In this document: in pieces, positions 12,001 to 23,332 of the stretch
How positions within the stretch are numbered: the stretch's first letter is position 1
Layout: each line of letters opens with the position of its first letter
From: Albugo candida
Taxonomy: Eukaryota
DNA length: 64,000 nucleotides
Assembly: GCA_040437565.1 (NCBI GenBank)
Contig: JBDOQK010000004.1
Location: 682,001-746,000 of the forward strand
Reading direction: 5' to 3'
Notes under the pieces: generated by a model
Seen by the model: the letters and a program-made list of their open reading frames with translations, nothing else
Database searches by the model: none
Told to the model about the DNA's origin: nothing
Program-made: the position numbers and the translations under genes

Positions 12001-15000
12001 CAAGGTACGGACAATGGCTCGAGCTAATTCAAAGATGCTCGAATACATTGCGCGGATGGTCTTTCGCAGCGACAATTTTATCACTTTTCTGATATTTCCA
12101 ACCCTTTTGGTACTGACCTGCTCGGCGGATCTTCTTGGATCCATTGAGTCAGAGTGTCAAGAGGCTATGATTCCCTGTATATTTGCACAGACCTTTTGCC
12201 TCCATGCCGATAAATGGAAGCGGTTGTATGGCCTGACGTTCTGTCCCACAAGTGTGACGACTACGACACGGGCGGACGAAGTAATCGTTTATGAGACCCA
12301 AGTAAACAATCAGCTATGTGAAGTTTTATCTTCCGAATCTCAAATAACTCTATCTTCTATCAAGAAATCGTCGAGCGCCTCGGCCTTTCTGAATGCCTTA
12401 TACCATTCCATTCAGCAGGCATCGTCTCAGCAGTATTTGAAACAATACTTTGTGGCTCATTGGGAACAGATATTTTTGAAGTATCTGCAGAAAGCCCCAG
12501 TCACACCGAAAGATGCTGTTGTGCAGACTGCCATTCTCGTCTTCTTGGACCTGCTGAGTGAATCGATGTCAGACTCCTCACTCATTCATTTACTGACCAT
12601 TGTCAAGCAGAACGTTCTTCCATTTTTTGAGCGCGTATCTTGTCCCCAAGCCTTGCAAATTCAAATTCTCCGAATAGTACAGCGCTTCATGCAGGAGAAA
12701 GAGAAAATTCGGTCATTTTTTATGTCAGCTGTTGCGGATTCGCGTCTTATCAAATCACTTTCCGCTCGTATTCGCCTGTGCAAACTGTCGAAATTCAGCA
12801 GCTCATATCTTGTCTTCTCCTTGGATATCATTTCGTATTGCGTCACTAGTTATCAACTCTTGAGCACAAGGAAGCATCCAATGACCTCCGCTCTGGTGAT
12901 TATCCGAGGCGATTTAGAAGAGATGACAACGATCTTGGATTCCCTCATAGCTCAGCATCGTGGCTGTGGAACATTTCAGCATTCGAGCGTGTTGATGCGT
13001 GCGGCTCGTTTGCAGTATCAGCTGCTGATAGAGACGCCCGCTATCAATACCGATGGAAGTCAGAGTACTGCATGGAAGATGCGTCTTATGTATCATTCTC
13101 AGTCTCTCGTACGGTCCATCGGATTTACGGCGGCATCCAATTCCCTCCAAACGGGTCCAGACGATGTGGCTCTTGTTCGACTTGGGCAGATCGTACACCT
13201 CGCGTATGACACATTTCGAGATCCAACAGAATGTGATATTGTACGTGCAAAAGCGTGCGATGTTCTGCTCATTTGGCTGATCCAGTCCCTCGACCAAGCC
13301 GATCCAACAGCGACATCATTATTACCCACACTAATGAATCAGCTAATGAACAATAGTACAATGAGCTCATGCAATCGACTGCTTGAATGGATCGTCAAAG
13401 TGCTTCATGATGACAAATTTCTGGTGCGAACAACAACCTCTTTGGTTCGTCTTGTGCGATATCTTTTGACCGGCGAAGGGTTCCCAAACGCGTCCAAAAT
13501 TGAGCATGAAATGCTGCAAAGTATAGAAGCAATGCATACCGACTGTCAGCTTCTTACGCTGTTGATTGAGGTACTCGTCTACACGCACTCGCATTTCAAT
13601 TTGGCTCTTACTTTTCTTTCCACTTTGTCAGATGCTTTCTATCGGTCGATATCGATTTCATTTTCAAAAGTGGCAACAAAAGAATGCAATATTGGCTCCT
13701 ACTTCAAGCAGAATGAACGCGTATGTCTGGAGAAACTCTGTCAAGCCGTCCGCACTCTGCCTCATCTTTGAGATTTTACTTCTTCTGCAAGCATTGCTTG
13801 CTCAGAGCCATTCGGATACTATACAAGCCATCCTTCTGAAGGTAGACTATCCAGACTCAAAGCTATATCGTTTGACGTCTCTCTTCTCTGTAGCGTACTT
13901 CCTTACCACTCGAGTTAGTGAGTCTCCTTGACAAGTTTTCATCCATTGTCATTAGAGAAGCATGGCAGGAATCCCGGAAAGCATTGTATCATCGTCTGAT
14001 TCAAGCTACAGGAGAAACGCTTATTGTATACATAAATGCAGCATTCCACTCAATGGATCGGCCACTACTGAATGGACTTTTGGCACAGGAAGTAATGGCA
14101 CCGTGTCGCCGTTTGCTTCGTCCTTCCCATCCTCAAGAAACGTATCGTATCAGCTGTCAGTTGGTTGTCATGACGCTACTATCCGCAGGTACCAAAGCGG
14201 ATGAGTGGTTTCGTCAACACGAATCCGAAGGAATTGAAATAAGCTCATGCCTGCTGGAATCGATACAGAGTACTATGGAGAAGCTCAAACGTGTGTCCAC
14301 ATCGACTACTTCTCTCTACCAGCTGAATAAAACATCAGCTGCATGTCTCTGTGCTATCCTCGAGCATTCCCCGTCAAGTCGAGATCATCTTTGTATTGAA
14401 AGACATGCGGTCGAATGGATTTTGACAAAAATGCGGTATAATTTCTACGAAATTCGCTTACTTGGAGGTTTTGGCCCACAACACAAAAGCAAGACAGAGG
14501 TAGATGGTAGCGTATGGAGTCATTGTAGGCAGCTCGAGTCTCTGACCGCACTACTTCGATCGCTTTTGTACCAGAATGACAAGGCGAAGATGAGATCAAA
14601 GGTATGTTGACCGCTCAGTATGTATCTGATGTGGTCAAAGATGCGCATTGTAGGAACTTGGAGTGTGTGACATTCTTCGCGGTAATTGGCATGTGATCAA
14701 AAGCGGATATTGCTATGGATCACCATTGCTTCGACTGTGTCTTCAGTTGATTGGCAATTATATCGAAGGAATTGATGATCATAAAGCCTCTCTGGTCATC
14801 GCAGCCAAAGATGGCAGCAGAGGAGCAGAACAAGAATCTATTTTTCTGCAATTGACAAAGCTTCTTCGCTGGCTGCATTCCAATCCAACTGTAGGAATCC
14901 ATGAAGAAATCATTGACCTTATGCACATACTCGGAAGCGTACTAAAAGCCGCAATGCTGAACGATGAATGTGTGCAGGTCGCCATCAAGACAAAATTCAT

Positions 15001-15658
15001 TTCGACTGCGTTCTCGGATATCCACAACTACTTTTCATCGAAACACGATGCCTCATCCAAGTTATCCGCTGGACTTGGTGCTTCCTACGTGATCCAAATG
15101 CTTCAGATCCTTTCCAATATTGCGCTGAAAGACGCTGCGAATTTGTCACTTTGCCAAGTGTTATCAATCGATCGATTTCGAGAATTCGTCTCCGATGTGC
15201 TACATTTCGAATTGGACAGCAACTTGCGCATCGTGGAAGCTGGCACTTTGTTTGTACGGAATTTGCTGTTTGCGAAATTGGCTCGAAGTAGCTGGATGGC
15301 TATTTGGGAGGATGCGTGGCGACATGTATGGGATGTATTCTGTCATGCTTCTAGACAGCAACATGATCATTTGCTTCATTACGCGTCCAGTTCATTGTGG
15401 TCACTATTGATCATTGGCAGTCATTCGAATAAAATGGCGGTCTTGGCACATTCCGACTCACAATTGCTAGTCCGGAAGCAATTAGAAGTTGTGAGCGGCG
15501 CTATTGAAACAGGTAGCATCGACTTGTATCACCCTATGTTGTAATGTTGAATTTGTTCATTTTGTGCAGGGGCAGGAGAATCTTTTCATTGCCAGGAGAT
15601 CATTAGGAACGTGCGAGGAATCCAGCAGCTGATGCTCAAACTCTTCCCTGCGGGTTGA
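9086..15658 (+). CDS. RTTN: Rotatin (centriole / basal body ARM-repeat protein), multi-exon
   Basis: N-terminal LLDKLRHPLASIRKRAVKRLLSKL resembles RTTN_N; WKFPFIALTPADEEHL...IPNFPAQCFLQKPEILQYI matches the conserved rotatin block; long helical ORFs are joined by short GT-AG introns; last exon 15570-15658 ends in TGA. Confidence 0.8.
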
Positions 15659-16022
15659 AATTGACATCTTTGTCACGATGCAAGATTGTATTGATTAAAT
15701 CTCACAAAACTCATCCGGGCAGCACTAGATCATCCGATTGCTAAACCAAAGCGACGACCTCAGCTTGTTCTTCCACAATTATGGTCAGCGTGGTCCATAC
15801 TGTTGGGATCTAGGAACCTTCTAATCTTCATAATCTGACTGTGAGTCATCTTCCTTGTCCAATTCTTCAGANNNNNNNNNNNNNNNNNNNNNNNNNNNNN
15901 NNNNNNNNNNNNNNNNNNNNNNNNNNNNNNNNNNNNNNNNNNNNNNNNNNNNNNNNNNNNNNNNNNNNNNNCTTCCACAATTATGGTCAGCGTGGTCCAT
16001 ACTGTTGGGATCTAGGAACCTT

Positions 16023-18079
16023 CTAATCTTCATAATCTGACTGTGAGTCATCTTCCTTGTCCAATTCTTCAGAAAAAGAATCGTCATCCTTGAATTGTAT
16101 CGAAGCAGTTCCTCCTGGACTTATTGTCCCTTCCATCACACGATTGCCACAATTTTGGGTCGTGGACACGGTTGTCTTCTGCAATCGAAACAATGAGTCA
16201 GCATTTTGATCAAAGTGAAGAGAGAATGTCTGCAAACCGATTTTGCTCGCAAGCAATTTTCTTTCCGCAACTTGGAAACGCAAGAATCTCGCTTCAGTCC
16301 ATGTCTGTGCCTCAGTCGTCTTTTGATTGCAAGAACGTACGAGTCGACTTCGTCGCGACGAAGAGTATCCAAGTCCCCCAGCACTTCTCGTCCATGATTT
16401 AGCGGTTGTGCATCCGAATCGCTGTCGTCAAAATTCAATTTCTGATCCAGACTTTCGGGTCCATTTGCATTCATTTCATCTTGTGGCAAACCCAGCGTGC
16501 TTGCAAGAATTTCTGGTGTTTTGAATTGTTGTGGATCCAGCTCGAGAGCTTGAACAGCATGTTTCATCGGTGTTTCCGTAAAGATGTCGTCAGCATTTTG
16601 TGCTTCATACTACATGAGATTGCAAGCTTAATCGTACGTCAGAGTGGAGCTACATCGTTAACCGATCACCTTTTTCACAAATCCACGGACTTGTTTCTTC
16701 CAGAGATTGGAGCCAACACGGTGCATTTTATGAGCACCTGGGAATTTGCTCTCATTATCATTTGATGTACTTGCTTGAGTGCCAGACCTTGCATTCTTGC
16801 GTCGAAAAGGAGACGACGTTTGCTCGAATGATTTGGATCGACACTCAGTTGCACTTTTACCAGGAAGCAGTTCGGCAACCTAAGCGGAATTCCACGATGA
16901 GTGCTGCAATCAATCAATTGCTATCATAAAACCGACTTGCTCCCAAAAGTTTAAATCATTCGGAGGAATTGAGAATTTGGCTGTTTCGAGTGCTTCCAAT
17001 TGTATCTCCGTCCAATCGTTGAGGCCTTTCGATGAACGAAGAAGCTTCTCGCCCTTCAGCTCGATTTTTTCCAAATCTTTTCCCATGCACCTTACATTCC
17101 TACTACTCGCCACTTTGCCTTGTCTTTGCGACGTACTACATGACAAAATGTAATGATGTGGCCCTGTATGATGGGTTCAGAGAGCGAAACGTACGACAGG
17201 ATTGAAGTATCATCTAATCGATCCATCACGCTCCTTTCTTCCGGCTTATCACCACGCCACCATTCCATCAGAGGATCCAATTCCTGTGATATTTGAGTCA
17301 ATTTGTTAGCAAAATGGCTCCATGAAAATATAACTCGCTCTGTCAACCTTCTTTCCCGTCATTTTGGCTTTTTTGCACATTGATTGAGCATACTTTTGTA
17401 AGGAGAACGAGTCATTCTGAGTCTTTTGATCTTGCTTCAATGATTTTGCCTTTTTTAACAGCTTGCAAAGTCGCTTCTTCCACTGACTTGGAAATCCTTC
17501 TACCATCAGCTCCATGACTTTGACGGGTATATTTCTATCTTTTCCTTTCTCTATATCTAAGCAACCTCCTAACTCGACAGAGAACGCATCGATTCGATCA
17601 GTTTCTGATGATCTAGAAATCACAATCACATTATTCGTCGTGACTCGACGCACGACAAGCAGTGAGAGCTTTCTGCCAAGCATAAATCCATCAATCATCA
17701 CCGATATTGAGCACTCCAATACACGCTTTGTTTCAGGGTCTTTTTTGAATAAAGGCGGCCATTGAATGCACCACTCTGATAAACGTATCACTTTGTTTTT
17801 CTTTGTATCAGCAGATAGCGCGCGTGAAATGGAAACGCTTTGCTTGCTGAGCAATTTTTTATCATTTTCAACCGAGCTTTTGATTGGGCTTGTGTTCCTT
17901 TTACTTCGCTTTCGCTTCTTATTCGATCGAAAATGAAGCTTGATCGGTGTACCGCAGTCCATTTCTCCCACTATATCGTCTTGCCCGTTTGATTTCCTAA
18001 TTGTGGAGCTATCCGTTTGTGAGGGTGGAGTTCCATGAAGTGTAGAATTTGAGCTTAAGATTTTACGTGTTTTCAGCAT
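16023..18079 (-). CDS. MIS18BP1: Mis18-binding protein 1 / KNL2 homolog (SANTA + SANT/Myb), multi-exon
   Basis: SANTA domain (VIRLSEWCIQW...VELGGCLD...MVEGFPSQWK); spliced Myb/SANT WTEIQLEALETAKFSIPPNDLNFWEQ|VAELLPGKSATECR; C-terminal block HRVGSNLWKKQVRGFVKK|YEAQNADDIFTETP resembles the vertebrate M18BP1 C-terminal motif. Confidence 0.8.
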
Positions 18080-18374
18080 TTCGCTTTGCGATAATTCGTT
18101 TGGTCAAATTAGATGTCTATCTTCTTAGTGGTGTTAATTCGACTATAAAGNNNNNNNNNNNNNNNNNNNNNNNNNNNNNNNNNNNNNNNNNNNNNNNNNN
18201 NNNNNNNNNNNNNNNNNNNNNNNNNNNNNNNNNNNNNNNNNNNNNNNNNNGAGCAGATGGATTTTCGTGCATAGCTTTGCTTGTATAAATTTTTGTAGGA
18301 TTTTGGTAAAATTGTGATGAGCACGTCATTGTTTCTACTTGTAATCACTGAATCTTCTTTCGAATTCGATCGTA

Positions 18375-21299
18375 ATGAAAACTGACGAATCTGTACACAA
18401 CGATGTGACTGCTGCTTCCTCAATCGACACTTGTGCTTCTATTCCTACTTCTGAGCAAACGCTGATCGAATCAAGCGAAGAATCATGCTCTAATGTCTAT
18501 GATGAGAATCCTCAAAAAGAAAATGTAGAGTCAGACAAAACTTGTAAGAGCACATCAGGAGAGTTAGAGTGTGAGAACATACACGCGGAATCGAGCATAC
18601 AAGAGCTGACGGAGACAGCCGACAAAACCGATTTTGAATTTGTCGTAGAGAGTAATTGCCCTGAAAACAAAACACAGAATGAATCGTACACGATATACTG
18701 GGAATCAGATGTCCTCGGTCTTATCTTGAAACCAAATGTGCTCGGTCAAGCTGTAATTCGTCGCGTCACATCGGAAGGCAAAGCTAAAGGGTTGAACGAA
18801 GCTCGGGTCGGTGACATTCTCTGCTCTATTAATGAGCAGAACGTTCAATCATTCTCTTTCCAAATGATCACCGATACACTAAAGAGCCTCAGTCTACCAA
18901 TACAATTGACCTTCTCTGCGGCGTACAATCAAAGGTCTATAACGGGTGGAAACTTGACCGGAATGGACAATTTGTGGAGGAGACCACCGTCAAGTTTCGC
19001 CATTAGCGATGAATCTACTTCTGCTGCCACTGAATTGGAGGATCACAATGAATATGATAATTCGAGTCATATTTCGAATACGATGGGAAGTTTCAAAACC
19101 AATTTAGGTGAAGAGTATGAGTATGACGTTGTCTGGGAGAGTGGATCGCTTGGTTGTGCGTTCAAGCAACGGGCTGAGTTACCTGTCGTGAAATCGGTCA
19201 GTGACACAGCAGAGACGCTTTCGATACGGCAGATACAACCTGCTGACATCTTGATTATGGTCAATGGACTTCGAACAGAGCTCATTGGATTCAAAACTAC
19301 TGTCTACATACTTAAGAGCGCACCGAAACCTGTCTTTTTACGCTTCCAAAGAAACCCACTATTGACAACCGCCGACACAATTCTCTCTGTCAAAACTGGA
19401 GTGGGACAGGATGAGGCTGAACAAGTTGAAAAGGCAAAACAAAATGAACAAACTTGCTCCAGGTCGATGCAATACGTAGTACTTTGGAATGAAGGTAGTC
19501 TCGGAATTCAGGTCAAAGCTAGGGAGGATGGTTTCGTGTATGTGCATCATATCACCGGACCGGGCGATGTGTCTCCTGTCAGTGACAAGATTGCTGTAGG
19601 AGATATTCTTGTGCGCGTGGCTGACAAAAAGATCGGTCAAATCGGAACAGCTTCGGCATTTAGCATCCTTCGCAATGTAGTCAAACCCGTAGAGCTTGAA
19701 TTTGAGCGCGTGGAGAACATTACGACAGACTTGGAAGAAGAATTATCACAAACAGAAAATGATACTTTGGAAGCTACTGATACTTTTGATGTGAATGTCT
19801 CGACAATGGAAGAAGCTGAGAATGAAAATATGGAAGCGCACACAACGAATAGAGAGTCAATGAATGGCTCTGGATGCTTGGAGGATAAAGCTCCTATAGA
19901 AAGCAAGACTTTTGATGATTTGGTAGAGGAAATACTTGAAGGAAAGCAAGGAAGCGACGTGCAGCTCCTTGACGAATCAATTGATGGGCTAGAACACGAG
20001 TTGGGCTCTGGAGGGATGAGTGATTCAAGCAGCGATATAGAAAATGACTCAGAAAGTGAATCAAAAGATTTTGAAGAAAGCGCAATTGCACAAGTGGAAG
20101 AGATCGGACCAAATGAAGAGGCAGTTGCTGCTGAAGGTCAAGAAAGCCTCACATGTGCTGGAGAGAAAGAGACTACGGAAGGTGAAGAAGGCACAATCTC
20201 GCATGAGGAAGAAAAGGATGCTGATGGTGACGAAAGATTAAGTGTGGATAAGGAAAAAGTGGATGCTGAATGTGAGGAAGCCGCAAATTTTGATGAGATA
20301 GAAGAGGATGCTGATGGTGAAGAAAGTCTTACATGTGTGAAAGAAGCTGCTGAAGATGATGAAAGCGTCACATGTGCTGAAGAGAAGGAATTTGCTGATG
20401 GTGAACAAGCTTTCGTTCGTGGTGAAGAGAAAGAAACTGCTGACGGTGAAGAAAGCGCAAGATGTGGTGCGGAGAGAGAGACTGGTGATGGTGTAGAAAG
20501 CTCAACATGTGCGAAAGAAGCTGGTAAAGATGATGAAAGCCTCACATGTGTTGAAGAGAGGGAATTTGCTGATGGTGAACAAGCTTCCATTTGTGGTGAA
20601 GAGAAAGAAACTGCAGAAGGTAGAGAAAGCGCAAGATGTGATGAGGAGAGAGAGACTGCCGAAGGTCAAGAAAGCGTAATCGTCAGTCAGGAGAGCGAGC
20701 ATGTAAATTTTCACCAAGCTGAGGCACAAACAGAAGATGTATCGACGGATTTGAATATCTCGTTGTATTCGCAATTCAGACTTCGAAATATTCAAAATCG
20801 AGATCCTCCTCCATTCTCGGAAATCGAGTCAGGTCACTTAGAAGTTACTCTCATCCTCAATGCCTTTTCTCCACCATCTTACCAAGAGCTGTTTCCGGAA
20901 AGAGTACTAGAGTCGACTAGTGATACGAAGATGTCAGTCGAGAATCTCAGCATGTCAAGACTACTATCACCATCGAAGAAGGATACGTCCTCGACAATTG
21001 CTGAAAGTGCTGGTAACAAAAAGGCGTCGGTGCTTCCGTCTGCAGGATCACGATTGACAAAGTACCGCATACGATGGGAGCAAGGCCTTCTCGGGATAAC
21101 CTTTAAGCGAACAAAAGGCAGAATTATTGTCTCGCGTCTAACTGGACATAGCGACTGCGAAGGGATACATCAGGTGCATCCAGGGGACTGGTTGTACGCA
21201 ATCAATAATCTGAAGACCTTACCGATGCGACTCAGTGAAGCTATGGTGGTCCTAAAAACAACATCAAAACCGGTAAAATTACAATTTATCGCTTCTTAG
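18375..21299 (+). CDS. Multi-PDZ protein (about 4 PDZ-like domains) with an acidic repeat linker, 974 aa
   Basis: Four recurrences of YxIxWxxGxLG...GDxLxxIN...PVxLxF; Glu-rich internal repeats; single ORF. Confidence 0.75.
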   Translation: MKTDESVHNDVTAASSIDTCASIPTSEQTLIESSEESCSNVYDENPQKENVESDKTCKSTSGELECENIHAESSIQELTETADKTDFEFVVESNCPENKTQNESYTIYWESDVLGLILKPNVLGQAVIRRVTSEGKAKGLNEARVGDILCSINEQNVQSFSFQMITDTLKSLSLPIQLTFSAAYNQRSITGGNLTGMDNLWRRPPSSFAISDESTSAATELEDHNEYDNSSHISNTMGSFKTNLGEEYEYDVVWESGSLGCAFKQRAELPVVKSVSDTAETLSIRQIQPADILIMVNGLRTELIGFKTTVYILKSAPKPVFLRFQRNPLLTTADTILSVKTGVGQDEAEQVEKAKQNEQTCSRSMQYVVLWNEGSLGIQVKAREDGFVYVHHITGPGDVSPVSDKIAVGDILVRVADKKIGQIGTASAFSILRNVVKPVELEFERVENITTDLEEELSQTENDTLEATDTFDVNVSTMEEAENENMEAHTTNRESMNGSGCLEDKAPIESKTFDDLVEEILEGKQGSDVQLLDESIDGLEHELGSGGMSDSSSDIENDSESESKDFEESAIAQVEEIGPNEEAVAAEGQESLTCAGEKETTEGEEGTISHEEEKDADGDERLSVDKEKVDAECEEAANFDEIEEDADGEESLTCVKEAAEDDESVTCAEEKEFADGEQAFVRGEEKETADGEESARCGAERETGDGVESSTCAKEAGKDDESLTCVEEREFADGEQASICGEEKETAEGRESARCDEERETAEGQESVIVSQESEHVNFHQAEAQTEDVSTDLNISLYSQFRLRNIQNRDPPPFSEIESGHLEVTLILNAFSPPSYQELFPERVLESTSDTKMSVENLSMSRLLSPSKKDTSSTIAESAGNKKASVLPSAGSRLTKYRIRWEQGLLGITFKRTKGRIIVSRLTGHSDCEGIHQVHPGDWLYAINNLKTLPMRLSEAMVVLKTTSKPVKLQFIAS
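20130..20680 (+). repeat. Coding minisatellite: ~45 nt (15 aa) unit with a 174 nt higher-order duplication
   Basis: Recurring ESxxCxEExExADGE-like unit; GATGATGAAAGC block recurs at 20355 and 20529. Confidence 0.85.
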
Positions 21300-21351
21300 G
21301 CAACAGCGAACGTCAGCGACCAAGAATTGGTGTCACCTCTTCATGCAAGCA

Positions 21352-22026
21352 TTATCGTCTGCTTTTTGAACTTGATTCATGTCCAAGAATCGCGAATTCC
21401 GAAGTAGACAGGAGCATGATGGGTTCCAAATGGCTTTTCTGGGTAAACAATTGAGTACGTTGTGCTGTCTTTGACTTCATTGACATTTGGTGATTATGCT
21501 TCCGACCAAGATACACCGCTCTACAACCATTTCGTTTATCACTTGTCAACGTATCTGGTGACTTTGCGTGCTTGGAGGTGCTTTGGTGTGCGAGGTCTTG
21601 CTTTAAAGCCTCACATTCACAAAAAGAGCACGAATTGGCATCAGGATTTCGTCGTGCATGGTCGACAGCGCACTGACTGCAAGTGAATCGAGCACACAAT
21701 CTACAAGTATGTTTACGTCTCTTCAAAAACCCAAAAGATTTTCCGCACACAATGCATTTGTCTTTATGGTACGAAATGACATTCTCAGGCTCAAGTTCCT
21801 GCGATCTTGAGCCGGTCAAAGTGGACGCTTGACCGTGACGCGAAGAAATGTTGGTGCTGCTCGAATCGGAACGGCTAAGAATGTCGAATGCACTCGACGA
21901 TTTCTTTGATGGGGTTGTAAGCGCTTCTGCTCTCAATAAATGGAGAATCTCATCACATGAGCTAAAGTATCTTGGATCATTGGCTCGCTTAATAGAAAGC
22001 CCAGGAAAATTTGCATCGGCCGCCAT
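21352..22026 (-). CDS. FYVE-type zinc finger protein
   Basis: CIVCGKSFGFLKRRKHTCRLCARFTCSQC...CSFC, a variant of the R(R/K)HHCR FYVE signature. Confidence 0.7.
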   Translation of the reverse strand: MAADANFPGLSIKRANDPRYFSSCDEILHLLRAEALTTPSKKSSSAFDILSRSDSSSTNISSRHGQASTLTGSRSQELEPENVISYHKDKCIVCGKSFGFLKRRKHTCRLCARFTCSQCAVDHARRNPDANSCSFCECEALKQDLAHQSTSKHAKSPDTLTSDKRNGCRAVYLGRKHNHQMSMKSKTAQRTQLFTQKSHLEPIMLLSTSEFAILGHESSSKSRR

Positions 22027-22306
22027 GAATGAATGTAATCGTGAATAATATCCTGATTCTGTGACGAGCGTGACGGGTGCGTGAAACTGTTATTTCATTG
22101 TACAACGCTCTGCAGCCATTTCTGACTAGAAGGACGCTACAGCCATGTACAAACGCCTCTTGGCGAGTGTTATCAAAAGCTCTTGGATGCTGAGTCTTGT
22201 ACAGATGTGCGCTGAGAGCCTGTTCTTACGGTGAATATCGTGTGGAAACAAAAACTGAGAATCACTCGAGTGCATCATAAGAAAGAATCTCACGATTTAT
22301 CATTAT

Positions 22307-23207
22307 TCAAGAAAACTTTTGTAGGGCATCGTAACCCGACAAATCTCCCGATGCCATGTATGGAACCAATATTGGATCAAAGTTCTCATGCTTGGCCGAA
22401 TTGCTACCAGCGGATGAATAAGGCGAAATACTCGCTTTATACGTATCCGGTAAACAAAAGTGTTGTCCGATAATGAAAGCTTCATTACTCTGTATTCGGC
22501 TACTTTCTGGTTTGAAACGACTAACATCCGCAAAGAACAGCGCAAACTGCGATGCCAGCAGCTCATACTGCTTGCAGTCAAATATCTTGGCGACAAAAGT
22601 ACCTCCATCCTCCAGAACATGGGCAGCTACGTGAAATGCAGCATGCAGTAATTCAGCTTGCAAAAACTCATCGACATCGTGCATTCCGGTGACGTCAGGC
22701 GCTCCGTCACAAACCACAATTTGAGCTTTTTTTCCTCGAAAGTGACATGCTATTTCCGTGACAGTTTTCTCTGACGTGATATCTCCTTGGATCAGCTTCA
22801 CCCCTGGGATTGGAGCGATCTCTTGCAAATCAACTGACACGATTTTCAGACTTTCATTGTCTGCGTCGTGATTCTGTTTCCAATTCAAAAGCTCTTGTTC
22901 GGAATACAATTTTTGACTCAACACTTGACTCCAGCTTCCAGGGGCAGCGCATAAATCGACAGCCCGTTGTACACCTACGCATACACAAATCAGAGGCTTT
23001 GAGACTAATTGGACTGAACAATATCGCACCACAAAATAAATCAAACTGATCGTCCAGTTGCAGTAATTTGAAAGCAGAACGTGCTCGGAAACCAAACTCC
23101 TTAGCGCGTCGATAGTACACATCCTGCAAGTATACGCGCGTCAGATAGAGATCAAACGCCTATAGGAGCCTTACGCAATCCGCAGCGGCACTATTTCTGA
23201 CGCTCAT
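22307..23207 (-). CDS. TRM7: tRNA (cytidine32/guanosine34-2'-O)-methyltransferase Trm7/FTSJ1, 3 exons
   Basis: [73 protein letters not shown]. Confidence 0.93.
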
Positions 23208-23332
23208 CTTACAATTGAATGCGTTCAGCCGAGCAAAATATATTAAAGGCTACTAAGGCTACTATTACTGCTCAACTAATGCATGCAATTTCGTTTATGA
23301 CAGTATTTCCGATTGAGAGTGATGTTCTCGTG

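Noticed and set aside
15770-16073. Direct repeat at the KNL2 3' end
   Set aside because: Exact gap-flanking overlap; artefact.
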